A stretch of 64,000 bases of DNA from Mizuhopecten yessoensis (lineage: Eukaryota). Numbering within the stretch: the stretch's first letter is position 1; each line of letters begins with the position of its first letter. Location of the stretch: contig NW_018408902.1 of assembly GCF_002113885.1 (NCBI RefSeq), forward strand, positions 1,416,820-1,480,819, in the 5' to 3' direction. Of this stretch, positions 40,834-52,865 are shown piece after piece. The notes below the pieces were generated by a model. The model ran no database searches. It was not told the DNA's origin and was given only the letters and a program-made list of their open reading frames with translations. Both the position numbers and the translations under genes were made by a program.

Positions 40834-40899
40834 CCTAAACAATAGATAGCAATCATATATTAAAATACGTCCTGAAAACCAGTTATAAAGGACGTCTGA

Positions 40900-41522
40900 G
40901 CATGTACTTATTCTTTATTGAACAAACATTCTGTGGGTATTGATGAATCAAAACATGTCCCCTACCGGCCCTCCAAACTTTAACCTGAAGATAGTTAAGT
41001 CGAAAACATGTCAAAAATTCAAAAAAAATAGAAGAAGATGTTTTCACTGTCACTAAACAACATTAATGCTAGATGCCTAAAGAACCTCTAACACTATTAT
41101 TAGGTGAATGGTGACCCATTATAAAAGTTTAACCGAACCTTCAACCTGCAGTTTTTGGCCAAGATACTTAATTGCAAAACATGTAAAATAAATCAAAAAA
41201 ATAAAATTATTCTTCCGCTATCACCAAATATCATTTATGCTAGACCCCTAACGAACTTTAACCCAAACTTTAACCTGCAGATTTTGGCCAAGATAGTTAA
41301 GTCCAAAACATGTAAAAGATAAAAAAAAAAGATAGAAATATTTTCCATTTTTAATCCACAGCATAAATGCTAGACCCCCACAGAACCTCTATACAAAGAA
41401 TCAACATCCTAACATCATTATTAACCGATTGGTAAGCCATTACAAAACTTTAACCAAAACCTTAACCAAAGGTAACGGACGGACAACTGACTAACGGACG
41501 GACGCAGACAAAAAAGGGGGGT
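40900..41522. mobile_element. Helentron/HINE-like non-autonomous repeat with internal tandem units and an (ACGG)n tract
   Basis: Recurring aacctgcag..tttggccaagata.ttaa and atgctagacccc units; ends in acggacgg repeats. Confidence 0.5.
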
Positions 41523-42407
41523 CTTTCAAAATATGAGATAATCCTGTGACAGAATTCTCTTTGGGGAATATTTGCTTTTTAACATTTTACACATATCAAA
41601 AGTCTGCTTTTTGACAATTGAAAGCACTGAAATATAATACTGCTACATCAGCAAAAACTTGCGTGTCACTTCAAGAATATCCATGCATCCTGTCTTGTTC
41701 TTATGTAATATAATCTTATGTAATGGCATCCTAAAAAGAAGTAAATAATATAATAATGAATTTCAGTGTTTTCATTTAATAATTTGTGTTTTCACTTCAA
41801 CAAAACATGTTTAGAATGATACATGTATATTTTAGGGCTTTAAACTGCTTCAATTGTCAAACAAAGTCACGTATGCGTATTTCCTTGCAAATATTTTTGT
41901 TCAGTTTTGCATTCATATTGGCTATTCATATATAACTAAGGATATACTTCATTTAGCTTTATTAAGATGTTGCATAAGGAAATACATCCTTTCGAAAAGC
42001 ATTTAGCCCATACAATAAAATTAACTCGTTAATTTATATAAATAATAAAAAGGATTGATCTGACCAGCAAAGGTACACATACAGTTTCAGCAATTTGAAG
42101 GACTGACAAAAATATAATTAATTCAGTTACGACATCACAAAAAACTTACGTGTAACTTCAAGAATATCCATGCAGATGTGATCATTTATCTCACATCTGA
42201 ATGGGTCCATCATATTACTGGCATCCTTAAAAGGAAAATACATATTATCAATTTCAGCATACGCAGCCTTTGTTTTCATAAAAAATACTAATTGAGTAAT
42301 TATAGAATACATAAGCCACAAAAATAAAATGAACAATTATCAGTTGACATGAGTACTGATTTTAACCATAATTGTTACAATTACTGTAAAGCTTCGAAAA
42401 ATTGTGT

Positions 42408-42486
42408 GATCTGAGCGTGACTTGAACCCCCAATGATGTAAAATAAATGCGAAGTCCACGATGCTAACCACTACACCAAGCAGCCG
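42408..42486 (-). other. tRNA-derived (SINE head or pseudo-tRNA) Pol III-like segment
   Basis: Minus strand reads ggctgcttggtgtagtggttagcatc (A box) ... ggttcaagtc (B box); no clean cloverleaf. Confidence 0.5.
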
Positions 42487-42747
42487 TTCCAGGAGATGAG
42501 AATGATTTGTTAACCAATATTATTTCAAAATCAACAGGGAAAGTTTGTGTACGTCGATGTTAATTTGTTGTGTTAATGAATGTAAATGTTAGTACTTCAT
42601 ATGTTGGGATACTTTCTCATCTGTTTTACGTTAGTATATGTTTTATCAACCACGATGTATCAAATATTGGTCGGCTAATCATTTTCAGACGGTTAATCAG
42701 GGATTTCCTTTACGCCGCTAAAATCTTTTTTTTGGACTTAGAACTAA

Positions 42748-43295
42748 TAGTCTGGTTCCCTGCTGCGAATGCTCCGACGAGTCTGCGCTATTCTTAGTCA
42801 GGTGAAAGCCACCGCCATGTTGTTGCGCAATACAAATCCAATATGGCATGCTTTCGGGGGATGGTAGGTTCGATTGAACTTTATGTATATTCGCCGGCGT
42901 GATCGGTATGTCTCATGTTGGTTTTTGCAATCAATCATTAACGTAATTTCACCTTATATGCATTTTAGTGGGTGTCCCATCTTAGTTATGGATTATGCAG
43001 GTGTTTTCTCTTTGTTCGAGCTGACAACAAGAAATACCCAAAATCGTAAAATTGAAAAAAATGCAACTTTCTAGCTTATTTTCTTGCCTTTCAATCGATT
43101 CTACGGGCAATTTCACCTTGGAAATGATACATTTCTCAAAGTGTCGCACTGTTTTTTCCTGAAAAAAATATCCCCGATTTTCACATCGGTCTACCACCAT
43201 GCATTTCACATTTGTGTGATCAAGCGACGTGTTCTCACTATATCACACAATTATTTGTATGTCTTCGTACTTATTATATTACCATATCATTTCAA
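42748..43295 (+). repeat. Left terminal inverted repeat (~548 bp)
   Basis: Reverse complement of 47735-48306 with scattered substitutions and three small indels. The near-identical spurious ORFs 42874+ and 47966- confirm the match. Confidence 0.95.
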
Positions 43296-43514
43296 AACTT
43301 TGAAAACGGTACTCATCAAGTAGGTACACCTCATAAAAACCATGTCAACCTACCTGCCCATAGGCATTGATAACATATTTTCCTTTATTTCATAGCTGAG
43401 TTGTATACCTGTAATGTCACTCTTAAGACGGCCTGCCTTGTGGTAATACAATACTTCTGGTGTAACTGTTACACTGTGATGTAGGAGTTATTTTTACTGT
43501 ATTGGGACCTGTGA

Positions 43515-45900
43515 TTGAACATGGCCAACATACAGCGGGTATGTGAACTGAAAAGAGCAGTATCTTCATTTAATCTTGTACAGTCACCACCAATCACTTC
43601 TCTGAGGCCAAGGCAAATTGATGCATTGTACAGTATCAAGGATACTAAAGATACATTTATTGTGTTACCCACAGGATATGGGAAAAGTTTAATCTTTGAA
43701 TTAATTCCTTTCTACACCAATTGTAAAGTTATTATACTAGAACCTCTGAATTCCATCATTACACAGCTCTGTGAAAAGCATGGGAGCAGTATTATCCACA
43801 TCACTGGACACCCTGAGAACATCCTCAGTAGTGGTTTTATAGAAAAACTTTAAGTTCAACCATGGGTCAAAGAAAATGTTGTCATCGCAGTTGATGAGTC
43901 CCATTGTATTTTGCAATGGCAAGATGATTTCAGGCCACCATATAAAAACATTAAGAATCTGAAAGCAATCTTTCCTAATTCCACCATGTGTGCTTTGACA
44001 GCAACAGTCAACTCAAGCTCTATTAAAAAAATCAGAAAAGAGTTGCAGATGATGAAAGGAGTACTGATTAATTCTACGCCTCTTTTGCGCAAAAACATTT
44101 CACTTGCAGTAAAACGACTCAGTCAGCACCATATGATTACATTTTTAAACAACTGTTTGAAGAGTACATGGAGTGCATTGAAAGTCGTAGTGATTTTACT
44201 GTGACCATTATATACACGAAGCTAATATGGTGTAGCAGGGCAATTGAACTTGCCAAAATGATGTTAGGGGAACAAATGACCATTGGAGAATTAACTTCCA
44301 GAAACAGTGTTGTTGTCCAATACCATTCGCCCCGAGATGCCCAGGAGAACCAGGATATATTAGAAACTGTAGGCAGCGATGACAATCATATGAGAATGAT
44401 ATTTGCCACTATAGCTTTGGATATGGGGGCCGACTTGAAGAAAGTGAACAGAGTAATCCATGCTGGATCACCTTCCACAACAGAAGTTACTGTAATGTTC
44501 AAAACAAGTGTCCTGTATATGTAGGTCCAAATATTTCAAAGGGCCATCACTCTGTCAAAAATTAAATATCCTTATGAAACTTAAATTGAAATATCCTAAT
44601 GAAATTTAACCTTGATCTGTAATTCCTCATTATTCAGCTATATGTCAATTTCTGAAAGCATCATGAAAATAGGAAAACGTTAGTAGGATAGACCACAGGG
44701 GCTTGGCACATTCCTATGACCCAGAATGAAAAAATAACCCCATGGTCAGACCCCGAGACCACTAAAAATAACCCCAAAGTCTGACCACCAGATCACTTAT
44801 TAGTGATCCGCGGGGTTATTTTTTCATTCTGGGTCATATGAACGTGTCAAGACCCTGTGGGACGGACGGACAGATGGGAAACCTATAACCCCAGCAGTTT
44901 GTATTTCTCGTACATACATGTACATAAATAGTACAAAACTAATTTACATTTTGTTTGAAAAAAATACTTGTATTGACATGGAAGGAGACATGTATAGATA
45001 CATGTAACAGGATAAGTAAATTGTGGAAAAGTAGTACAATATCTATCTTAACCGGTACCCAGGACTATCATGAGTGGATAACACAAATGTCCCTGGTTTT
45101 GTAAATCTAAATAGTAGTAATTCACATTTTGTTAAAAAAAACAACACTTGCATTGACATATGGAAAAGAAAATTACACAAGTGGATGTGAAAAATTTCAC
45201 AAATTATATTGATGGTTCCCATGATAAAACATGGAGAGTGGGATAGGTATTTTACTGGAATAGCCATTTTGGTATGAAAAGTAAATTGTAAGATTCTGAA
45301 AAAAAAGAACACATTTGTTTTGTTTAAAAATAATTTATGTGCTTTCATTATTTCAACAGATCATCTACTTTTCAGGTTGACAACATCAGGTAATTCTGTA
45401 CAGTTCATCTTTATATTAGTGTGCAATTCTTTCTTTGTAGAGTACATTCAAGAAATTGGAAGAGCAGGGAGGACTGGACAGGAAGCAGACTCGATAATAT
45501 ATATCAATGCTATGGATCTGTCATCACAAATAGTCACAGCAGAAATGAAGACATACCTAAAACTGACAGAAGGCTGTCGGCGTAATTTCCTCAATGCTTA
45601 CTTAAACTGTCCATTTGAAGCTGCTGAATATAAATGTTGTGATATTTGTAGCAAAGATACTGACACCGAAGTGAGAGGGCAAAATCAGGTTGTCCGTTTC
45701 TTGGTAAAACAAGCCCTTCAGCAGTATGTTGAAGCAGACATTTCTGGTGAAATTGCATTCCATCTGAATGACATGTTAATTGAAAGAATCACAGAGACAT
45801 ATGAAATTATTCCATTAGATACTTCCAGGATAGAACTATTACAAGTTACCCACGTTTGTTGCAGAATCCGTCAAAGTAATACTGAGTACCTTTCAATAGA
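43515..45900 (+). pseudogene. Transposon-borne RecQ-like SF2 helicase pseudogene (exon 1 ~43515-44486, exon 2 ~45441-45900)
   Basis: LRPRQ, LPTGYGKSL (motif I), VDESHCILQWQDDFRP (II and aromatic loop), ALTAT (III), FATIALDMG (V), YIQEIGRAGRTG (VI), CRR...CCDIC (RecQ Zn region). In-frame TAA at 43851 and a frameshift near 44120. Confidence 0.9.
44693..44860. mobile_element. Palindromic MITE nested in the helicase intron
   Basis: ccacaggggcttggcaca..tatgacccagaatgaaaaaataacccc / ggggttattttttcattctgggtcata..tgtcaagaccctgtgg; GA on both flanks (possible 2-bp TSD). Confidence 0.8.
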
Positions 45901-46222
45901 CACACAGACATATATATATATGTATGTATACACTGGACAAAATAAGTTAGGGACCAAAATAATTTAATGGTGTTTCAATAGGAATATACAGACCACAGAA
46001 AAGTATAATTATATCATAACAAAGGATGATGGTATGGACTTTATCTCTGTGACCCTAAAATGAGGAATAAAAGATACACATAGGTGAATGACACCTTTAT
46101 AAATTAAGTAGTGAGTGATGTCCAGGGTCATTATATATATAATGTTTAAAAAAGACTCATTGGTGATGCTAGAAACCTTAACTTATTTTGCTGAGTATTT
46201 ATACAATGTTTGTAAATTTGGC

Positions 46223-47734
46223 TCATTTTCCAAACTCAACATCAAGCCTGGATTTATGATAATCGATCCACGATTGTAATTGTAAATTGTCGATGTTATC
46301 CACTGGTGCTTGGATGTGTTTGTGAGTTATATGATGCCTCCTAGGATGAACCTCAAATGGCCTTATTCCTCGAAGATCATCTATTATTTTCCTCTCGTCA
46401 GATAAAGCATCTCTCTGTTTCTTAAAGTTTGCTCGTTTCTGTACACAACTGCCAGCATCATTATCATAGTTATTGGATATCTGTTCCAAGGCAGTAACTG
46501 CTTTAGACCGTGCCATTAGGTTCTTGTCTGTGTTCATTGGGCCAAGACCTTTAATGATTGTCTTTGTTTTGCGTACAATATGCTCCATTTGGAGATCAGC
46601 AGGTATGTGTGAATCCTTCTTACCCCTGGTATTGACAAACAATCCATAAAAACTCTCGTGACCTTTTTTAAGACTATAGCTAGCCTGCTGGTGACAGAGG
46701 AAACGAAGCATTTGTAGAGCATACTTGCTCCTACTGTTGTGACTTTTGAACATAACCATCATGTACTTCATACATGTTATCATTCTGTCTCTGTCCGGGT
46801 GATGAATACAGTCCAATAATTCCATGTAGAGAAGTCCCAGCAGCAGAGTCACCTTGCTGTATTGCTGCACATGATCTACAGCCACAGGCACCCTTATGGT
46901 CCTTTGTTGTCGGTTCAACACATGCAGTGTACTATGGACATTTTGTCCAATTTGAACTTGAACTGGCATTCTTGTTTCTTCCACCACAGTTTCCTCCGTC
47001 GTGTAATTATTGTTCTTAGCGAGAACATAGGTATCGATGAACAAATTCATTGTTTTCTGAAGCCATGCTGATGTAACTAGAACAGGTGGGATGTTTTTGT
47101 TTGGTTCTTTGTCAGGATTGTCAAGGCCAAAGAAATCGCACAATGCATCCACAATGTAGTCTCTTGTAAACGACACAAAGAAATCCTTGTCCACATCATA
47201 ATTATTTTTCACATCTTGATGTACATCATTTCGCCTGATCCGTACCTTTTCACCGTTGAGAGTACCAACTTCGAGACTGTTGGAGCTGAACAGTTTATTG
47301 AATACCAGCGTCAGGAAGTTCATGGCCATATGCCAGAGCTCAAATGTGATGGGGTTGAGATCACTGATTTTAGATCGTTCGTCGAAAGACCCAAACCGTA
47401 GCGCCTTTGCTCCACTGAATCGCTCTCTGGTCAATTGATCTCCTCCGATGTGTACCTTTCTATGTTCACTGGTGCCGTAAATCGAATCCACAACATCTAC
47501 ATTATGACAACAGAATTTTGCACACATCACTGTATTGTGCCTCATTGTACGAAATAATTTCTATTGGCACAACAAGGGATTTCTTAGCCATTTCCTTTGA
47601 ATATTCTCCTTCCAATTCCTCTTTCCATAAGCCATCAAACACCTTTAGAAATGGAATGTGATCTTTTGTATTTCTTAGTATATGTGTCACATAGTTTTGT
47701 TTGAGCCTCCTCTCGTCCACAGGCGAAGGTAAAA
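46223..47734 (-). pseudogene. Academ-type (DUF6589-like) transposase, 5'-truncated, one frameshift near 47505
   Basis: HIPFLKVF..YSKEMAKKSLVVP, then GGDQLTRERF, ELWHM, HNSRSKYA, FVNTRG..IPADLQMEH. About 425 codons remain open downstream of the frameshift. Confidence 0.8.
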
Positions 47735-48306
47735 TTGAAATGATATGGTAATATAATAAGTACGAAGACACACAAATAATTGTGTGTTATAGTGAGAACA
47801 CGTCGCTTGATCACACAAATGTTAAATGCATGGTGGTAGATCGGGTTGATGTGAAAATCGGGGATTTTTTTAGGAAAAACAGTGCAACACTTTGAGAAAT
47901 GTATCATTTCCAAGGTGAAATTGGCCGTAGAATCGATTGAAAGGCAAGTAAATAAGATGTCGCAGCTAGAAAGTTGCTATTTTGTCAATTTTATGATTTT
48001 GGGTATTTCTTGTTGTCAGCTCGATCAAAGAGAAAACAACTGCATAATCCATAACTAAGATGGGACACCCACTAAAATGCATATAAGGTGAAATTACGTT
48101 TATGATTGATTGCAAAAACCAACATGAGACATACCGATCACGCCGGCGAATATACATAAAGTTCAATCGAACCTACCATCCCCCGAAAGTATGCCTACTA
48201 GTATCCGCCATATTGGATTTGTATTGCGCAACAACATGACGGTGGCGTTCACCTGATTAAGAATAGCGCAGACTCGTCGGAGCATTCACAGCAGGGAACC
48301 AAACTA
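47735..48306 (-). repeat. Right terminal inverted repeat (~572 bp)
   Basis: Matches the left TIR in reverse complement; directly abuts the truncated transposase coding sequence. Confidence 0.95.
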
Positions 48307-49008
48307 TGGTTTTGGAAACATGGACGAGGAGCGTTAATCATTTTGGCACAAAAATCATAAAGTACACCTGGTTTTCCCAACTATTACGATAATTTAATTT
48401 GATAACTATTTCACTATTTATAAGTTTATATTGAGAACAGCAATGTTCTGATAAAATTATGACTATTTGTTTACTTAATGATAACTGGTAGCACGGACTT
48501 AGATAACAGGGATTGGCAACTCCAATTTCATTTCGCGTATGTATTGTCCACCTCTTGTATTTGTGCACCGAGCCGTGACGGCCTGTGACCCTCTCGCTGG
48601 AGCCAATTTACCTGTACTGCGCTTGCGTGCTATCTCACAGGCCGGTTTCCGGTATCGATAACCACGTTGTTTACCTAGGTGACAATAGATCGATAGTTTG
48701 ACACTGATTTGACAGATTAATAACACAGTGCAATCATCGTGGCTATAACTTTAGAAAACGAATGCGTACACGTGATGATGTCGCAAGCTTATCTGTTTAT
48801 GTCAAGCAGCATCAGGTAGGTATCTGATCGGATGATACATCATTGTCAAATATGACTGACTTTTTATCCCGTGATAGTTATTTAGATTTAGACTTTTTAA
48901 TGAAAGAATTTACTGATAATGAATGAAAAACTTAATATTTGGAGATGATAAAAGACGTCTCTGGCTATAGGCAGCTATATTTCGAGGGCATACACAGCAC
49001 GGTAGAAG

Positions 49009-49151
49009 CACAGGGGTTCGTAACAAATGTCTAATACTCATGTACATGTGATATATACTGATCTAGGTCACAACACATGTATGTTTATGTGGACTGTGAT
49101 CTATATCAGTATAGCATAACGTTATGTGTATTTTATAACGAAACCCCTGTA
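49009..49151. mobile_element. Small MITE with CACAGGGG-type termini
   Basis: cacaggggttcgt / acgaaacccctgta; internal inverted tatactgat / atcagtata. Confidence 0.6.
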
Positions 49152-52100
49152 GGAGAAGTGACTTAAAGAGTAAACTTTTAACAATAAATTTGTCCTATAA
49201 CATCATTTTAAATTTTAAACCATTTAAAAGAAAAATACAGAAACAGCAGCTGACCTTATACCTTTGAATGTAATTCTCGAAATTTTGAGATAGGTAATTT
49301 AATATATGTACCTAAAAAAATTGAACACTTTTATAAGTTTATATTTCTAGGCAACAATCAAAGGCATTTTTCAAACCTGAATTCCACCATCTTGGCTCCA
49401 CATGTATATCCTTTGTCGTCATTGATATTTTTATACAGAAATATATTCTTGATTTCAGTTTAATCTGATAACATCACAGCAAGTTACATTACAGCCCGGA
49501 GCTAATTCTAATGAATTCATTGAATTAAATGTCAATCATAAGCAAATATATGTATATCATATACATATTTTTGTGCAACTTATTCGCAATTACTCCACAT
49601 GGTGCATTTTCGCAGCTCCTTTGTTTTCTTTATGTATTCTGCGTTAAAAACATGTGACATAAACTTCTGTCCCAGCACTATGAATCTGACTCAAAATAAA
49701 AACGTTTGTCTAAACCAGACTTTCCCAAAAATGGACAAAATAGTTCATTGAAATTTTGAATTTCATTTAATCATGTTTCAATTCGGCATTTTGTCAATAT
49801 TTAATGACTATTGAGAAATGACTGACTCCATAAAATGAGCGTTGATTCTGCGAAAGGACATGTCTATTTGATATTTAATGTCTTTGCTGTAACCAAAATA
49901 TTACACATTGTAGTGTCGTTTTTCTGTTCCCAGAAACTATATAGCAAGTCCAAGGTTTTCTAATAACTAGACACCAGTATGATTTTAATTTGAATTACAT
50001 CTTTTTCAGCTAACCAAAATAAAACTTGCTGTTCTAGGGACAGCTCCAGCACCAGTGTTCCTGTTGACAGCACCACTAGCTCAGATCTGTTGTTCTAAAG
50101 GTACCAAGCCCACTCGTTAAAGCTATTATGTTGTTAGCGACAATTTTCAGCATCACTTAAATCATCAATATATTCCTAAAAGATTGATGATATTCAATTT
50201 CTTTGGAAGAAGTGCTTAAACTTTTTGTGACTTTACTCCAAAGAACTCTTGTTTTGGTAACTTTTTATTTTTGTGTTTTTCAAGAGGTTTTTTCTTTAAC
50301 TGATTTATATGTGTCCTCTGTTAGAAAGAGAACAAATATTAAAGAAGCTACATCCAGTTCGAATAAGTCCTGAGCTTAAAACCCAGTATACACTTGTATA
50401 CAGATTAAAGGTTGCGGTTCACATTTATGCAAATGATTATTATCTTTCAAAATTGATGTGTTGTCTGTTTTGTTACTCAAATGTATCATTACTATTTATG
50501 TGAGAAAGTTGGAACATGTTTCATATAAATCACACTTAGAAAAAACCAAGAGCCTGCAGCATATGCTTTTGCTGTAGATTAACAAAATAAAGAGATGCAC
50601 TTTAACTAATTAATTATTTTATTTATGTTAACTTAGTTATATATACTTTGGGAAAATAGACAAGCACATGTAATTGTTTTCACAGAATATGAGAGTTTAT
50701 TGCCCAATGTCTAATACTAAAAGTACATATGCTTGATTTTGTATGATATACATACAATGAACAGGGCTAAGTTGAACCATTTCTTAAGTCAAATAATATT
50801 TTCCTTCAGGTTTGGAGGGTCAAAATCATATCATGTTGACATGTTCATTCAAATTTTGGAGAGACAAAGCAAAACAATACTTATCGAGGATCAACTTAAA
50901 GTCCTGCAGTAAGTGAATGGATGTTTATTCATGACTTTCCTTGCACACATTACATGTACATTGTACTGATTGTGTTTTTACAACTGAATAAAAACTTCAA
51001 AATGAAAATATAGCTGTTTTTTTTATTACTCACAGGTGACATGTAACACACATGAGTGGTGATGTACAAATTGAATTATAATTCAATGTTAACTCTGATA
51101 AAAATGAACTGGTTATTTGATTTAAAAGTCAATTCTTCTGGTGTGGAATTTTGTATTAAACTTGTAAGGCTTTGAAGCATATTAATTTGCATACATCTGA
51201 TGAAACACTCTTCTGCTGTTGGTTTGTGTTAATTTTTTGACAGTCTGGACCCTTTTTTCCTCTTCGGCATGCTGAAATTAGAAAAGATACATCAATCAAG
51301 TCAGATTGACAAAATCCATGTCAAATTTGGGAATCAAACCACAGCTGTCCTGTTCAATATCTGCCAATTGGCTGGTACATTTTGATTTGAAAATGTCCAC
51401 CCCTGTGTGGAAGTGGGATGTACCATGTAATGACTAGCTGTCAATCAGCCTCATTATCACCCCTGTGTGCATGTGTATCTGCATGGGCACCTTTCAAAAT
51501 TGAAAACTATCTGTATTGCTTGCAAATTAAGACAAAGAATGGATATTACAGTTGTCTGACATACTTCTTACTCAGAACAATTGTTCACATTCATCACTGT
51601 TATTATTTCATTTTTCTGACAGCCATGCATAATTTTAGACAGAACTACAATTTATTTTGTGTGTAGACACAAGATTATATAATTATCTTACATTACAATC
51701 CATGGCGTAGAACATGTAAAGGTATACTTGTTTAAGTCACGGAATTGGCCAATTGCTCTCTAAATCTGTCTTTTAATCAAAGAGACTGCAAGATCGGACC
51801 TGTGTTATTTTATCTGCGACTTTTGAAAAAGCTCCAGCTTAAATTAATTAACTCAATAAACCATATAACTTTTAATATCCCTTCACTAACACTTTCGCAA
51901 TACAACTTTGGCTGTACTAATATGTTAATAGATAATTCTGTATCTATCAATATCTATTTTCCAGTGGATAGCCGTAGCCTAGTGAATCAATACGTAGGAA
52001 ACTATAAAAACAATTTAACACTGGCCTTGTTATTCAACAATTTGAAAAATAATAAATTTAATCAAAAAGTACAATTCATCATTGAGAATAATAGGGATTT

Positions 52101-52865
52101 GTCAACACGCAGACAGGCCTTTGAATTTAGGCATTCATGCATATGGCGGCCATTACTAAAAATACACTGATTAACAACCGTTTTCAGAAATTAAATACTA
52201 CAAAATCAGAGATATGGGTTCACTTACAACCACATGTTGCAATAGAAAACAAATAAAAAACAATAATGTTTAGTCCGTATGTCAAAATAATCTATTTATT
52301 AGCAAGAAAACTAGACGTTGATGGCGGGTGTGAAGCCATAAAATAATTCAAGTTGGCAACGCTGTATGTTCACTATAAACTTTCGCATTCTGCGACATTT
52401 CTCTGGTATTCGACACAACAAACATTATTAAATTTAAACAGAAGTATAGCATAGATCACTTACTTTGAACTCCGGACAATGTAACGGTCCAGCATACCCC
52501 AGAATGTATCACTTCTGAACGGCAATCAATTTCTTTGATGATTGAAGCGGCGGGTTTTCCCAAATCACGTAAATACTCGCACTTTCTCGCACTTTCTCGC
52601 AACATCAAAGTGCCCTAGACATATTATATCATGGATTTCAAAATTAATTATACGCTGGCAAAATAAATATCATTGGATGGAATTTCGTTATAATCTATTA
52701 TAAAATTACTGGTAATTAATGACCTGCTGGAGAAAACACTGTTAATCGTGTAACAAGTATTTAAATCTCAAATAGTGACTTTACTCAAAAAAATAATCTG
52801 TGTGTGTTACAATTTACGTTCTATACTTGTGTGGCAGGATTGAATTTTATCACATTTATTTGTAA

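Larger units (their letters stand above)
42748..48306. mobile_element. AcademH-like DNA transposon (5.56 kb): long TIRs with convergent helicase and transposase genes; decayed
   Basis: Termini TAGTCTGGTTCCCTGCTG / CAGCAGGGAACCAAACTA; inverted repeats 42748-43295 and 47735-48306; RecQ-like gene on +, GDQLT-type transposase on -. No TSD detected. Confidence 0.85.

Noticed and set aside
42408-42486. Functional tRNA gene
   Set aside because: A and B boxes are present, but the acceptor and anticodon stems do not pair convincingly.
42874-43074. Duplicated 66-aa gene (also 47966-48166)
   Set aside because: These are the two TIRs read in opposite directions, starting at a non-ATG codon.
43515-45967. 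Host RecQ/WRN/BLM gene
   Set aside because: It lies between TIRs next to a transposase, has only one intron, and carries a stop and frameshifts.
42738-48316. 9-10-bp target-site duplication for the Academ-like element
   Set aside because: The flanks ttagaactaa and tggttttgga do not match.
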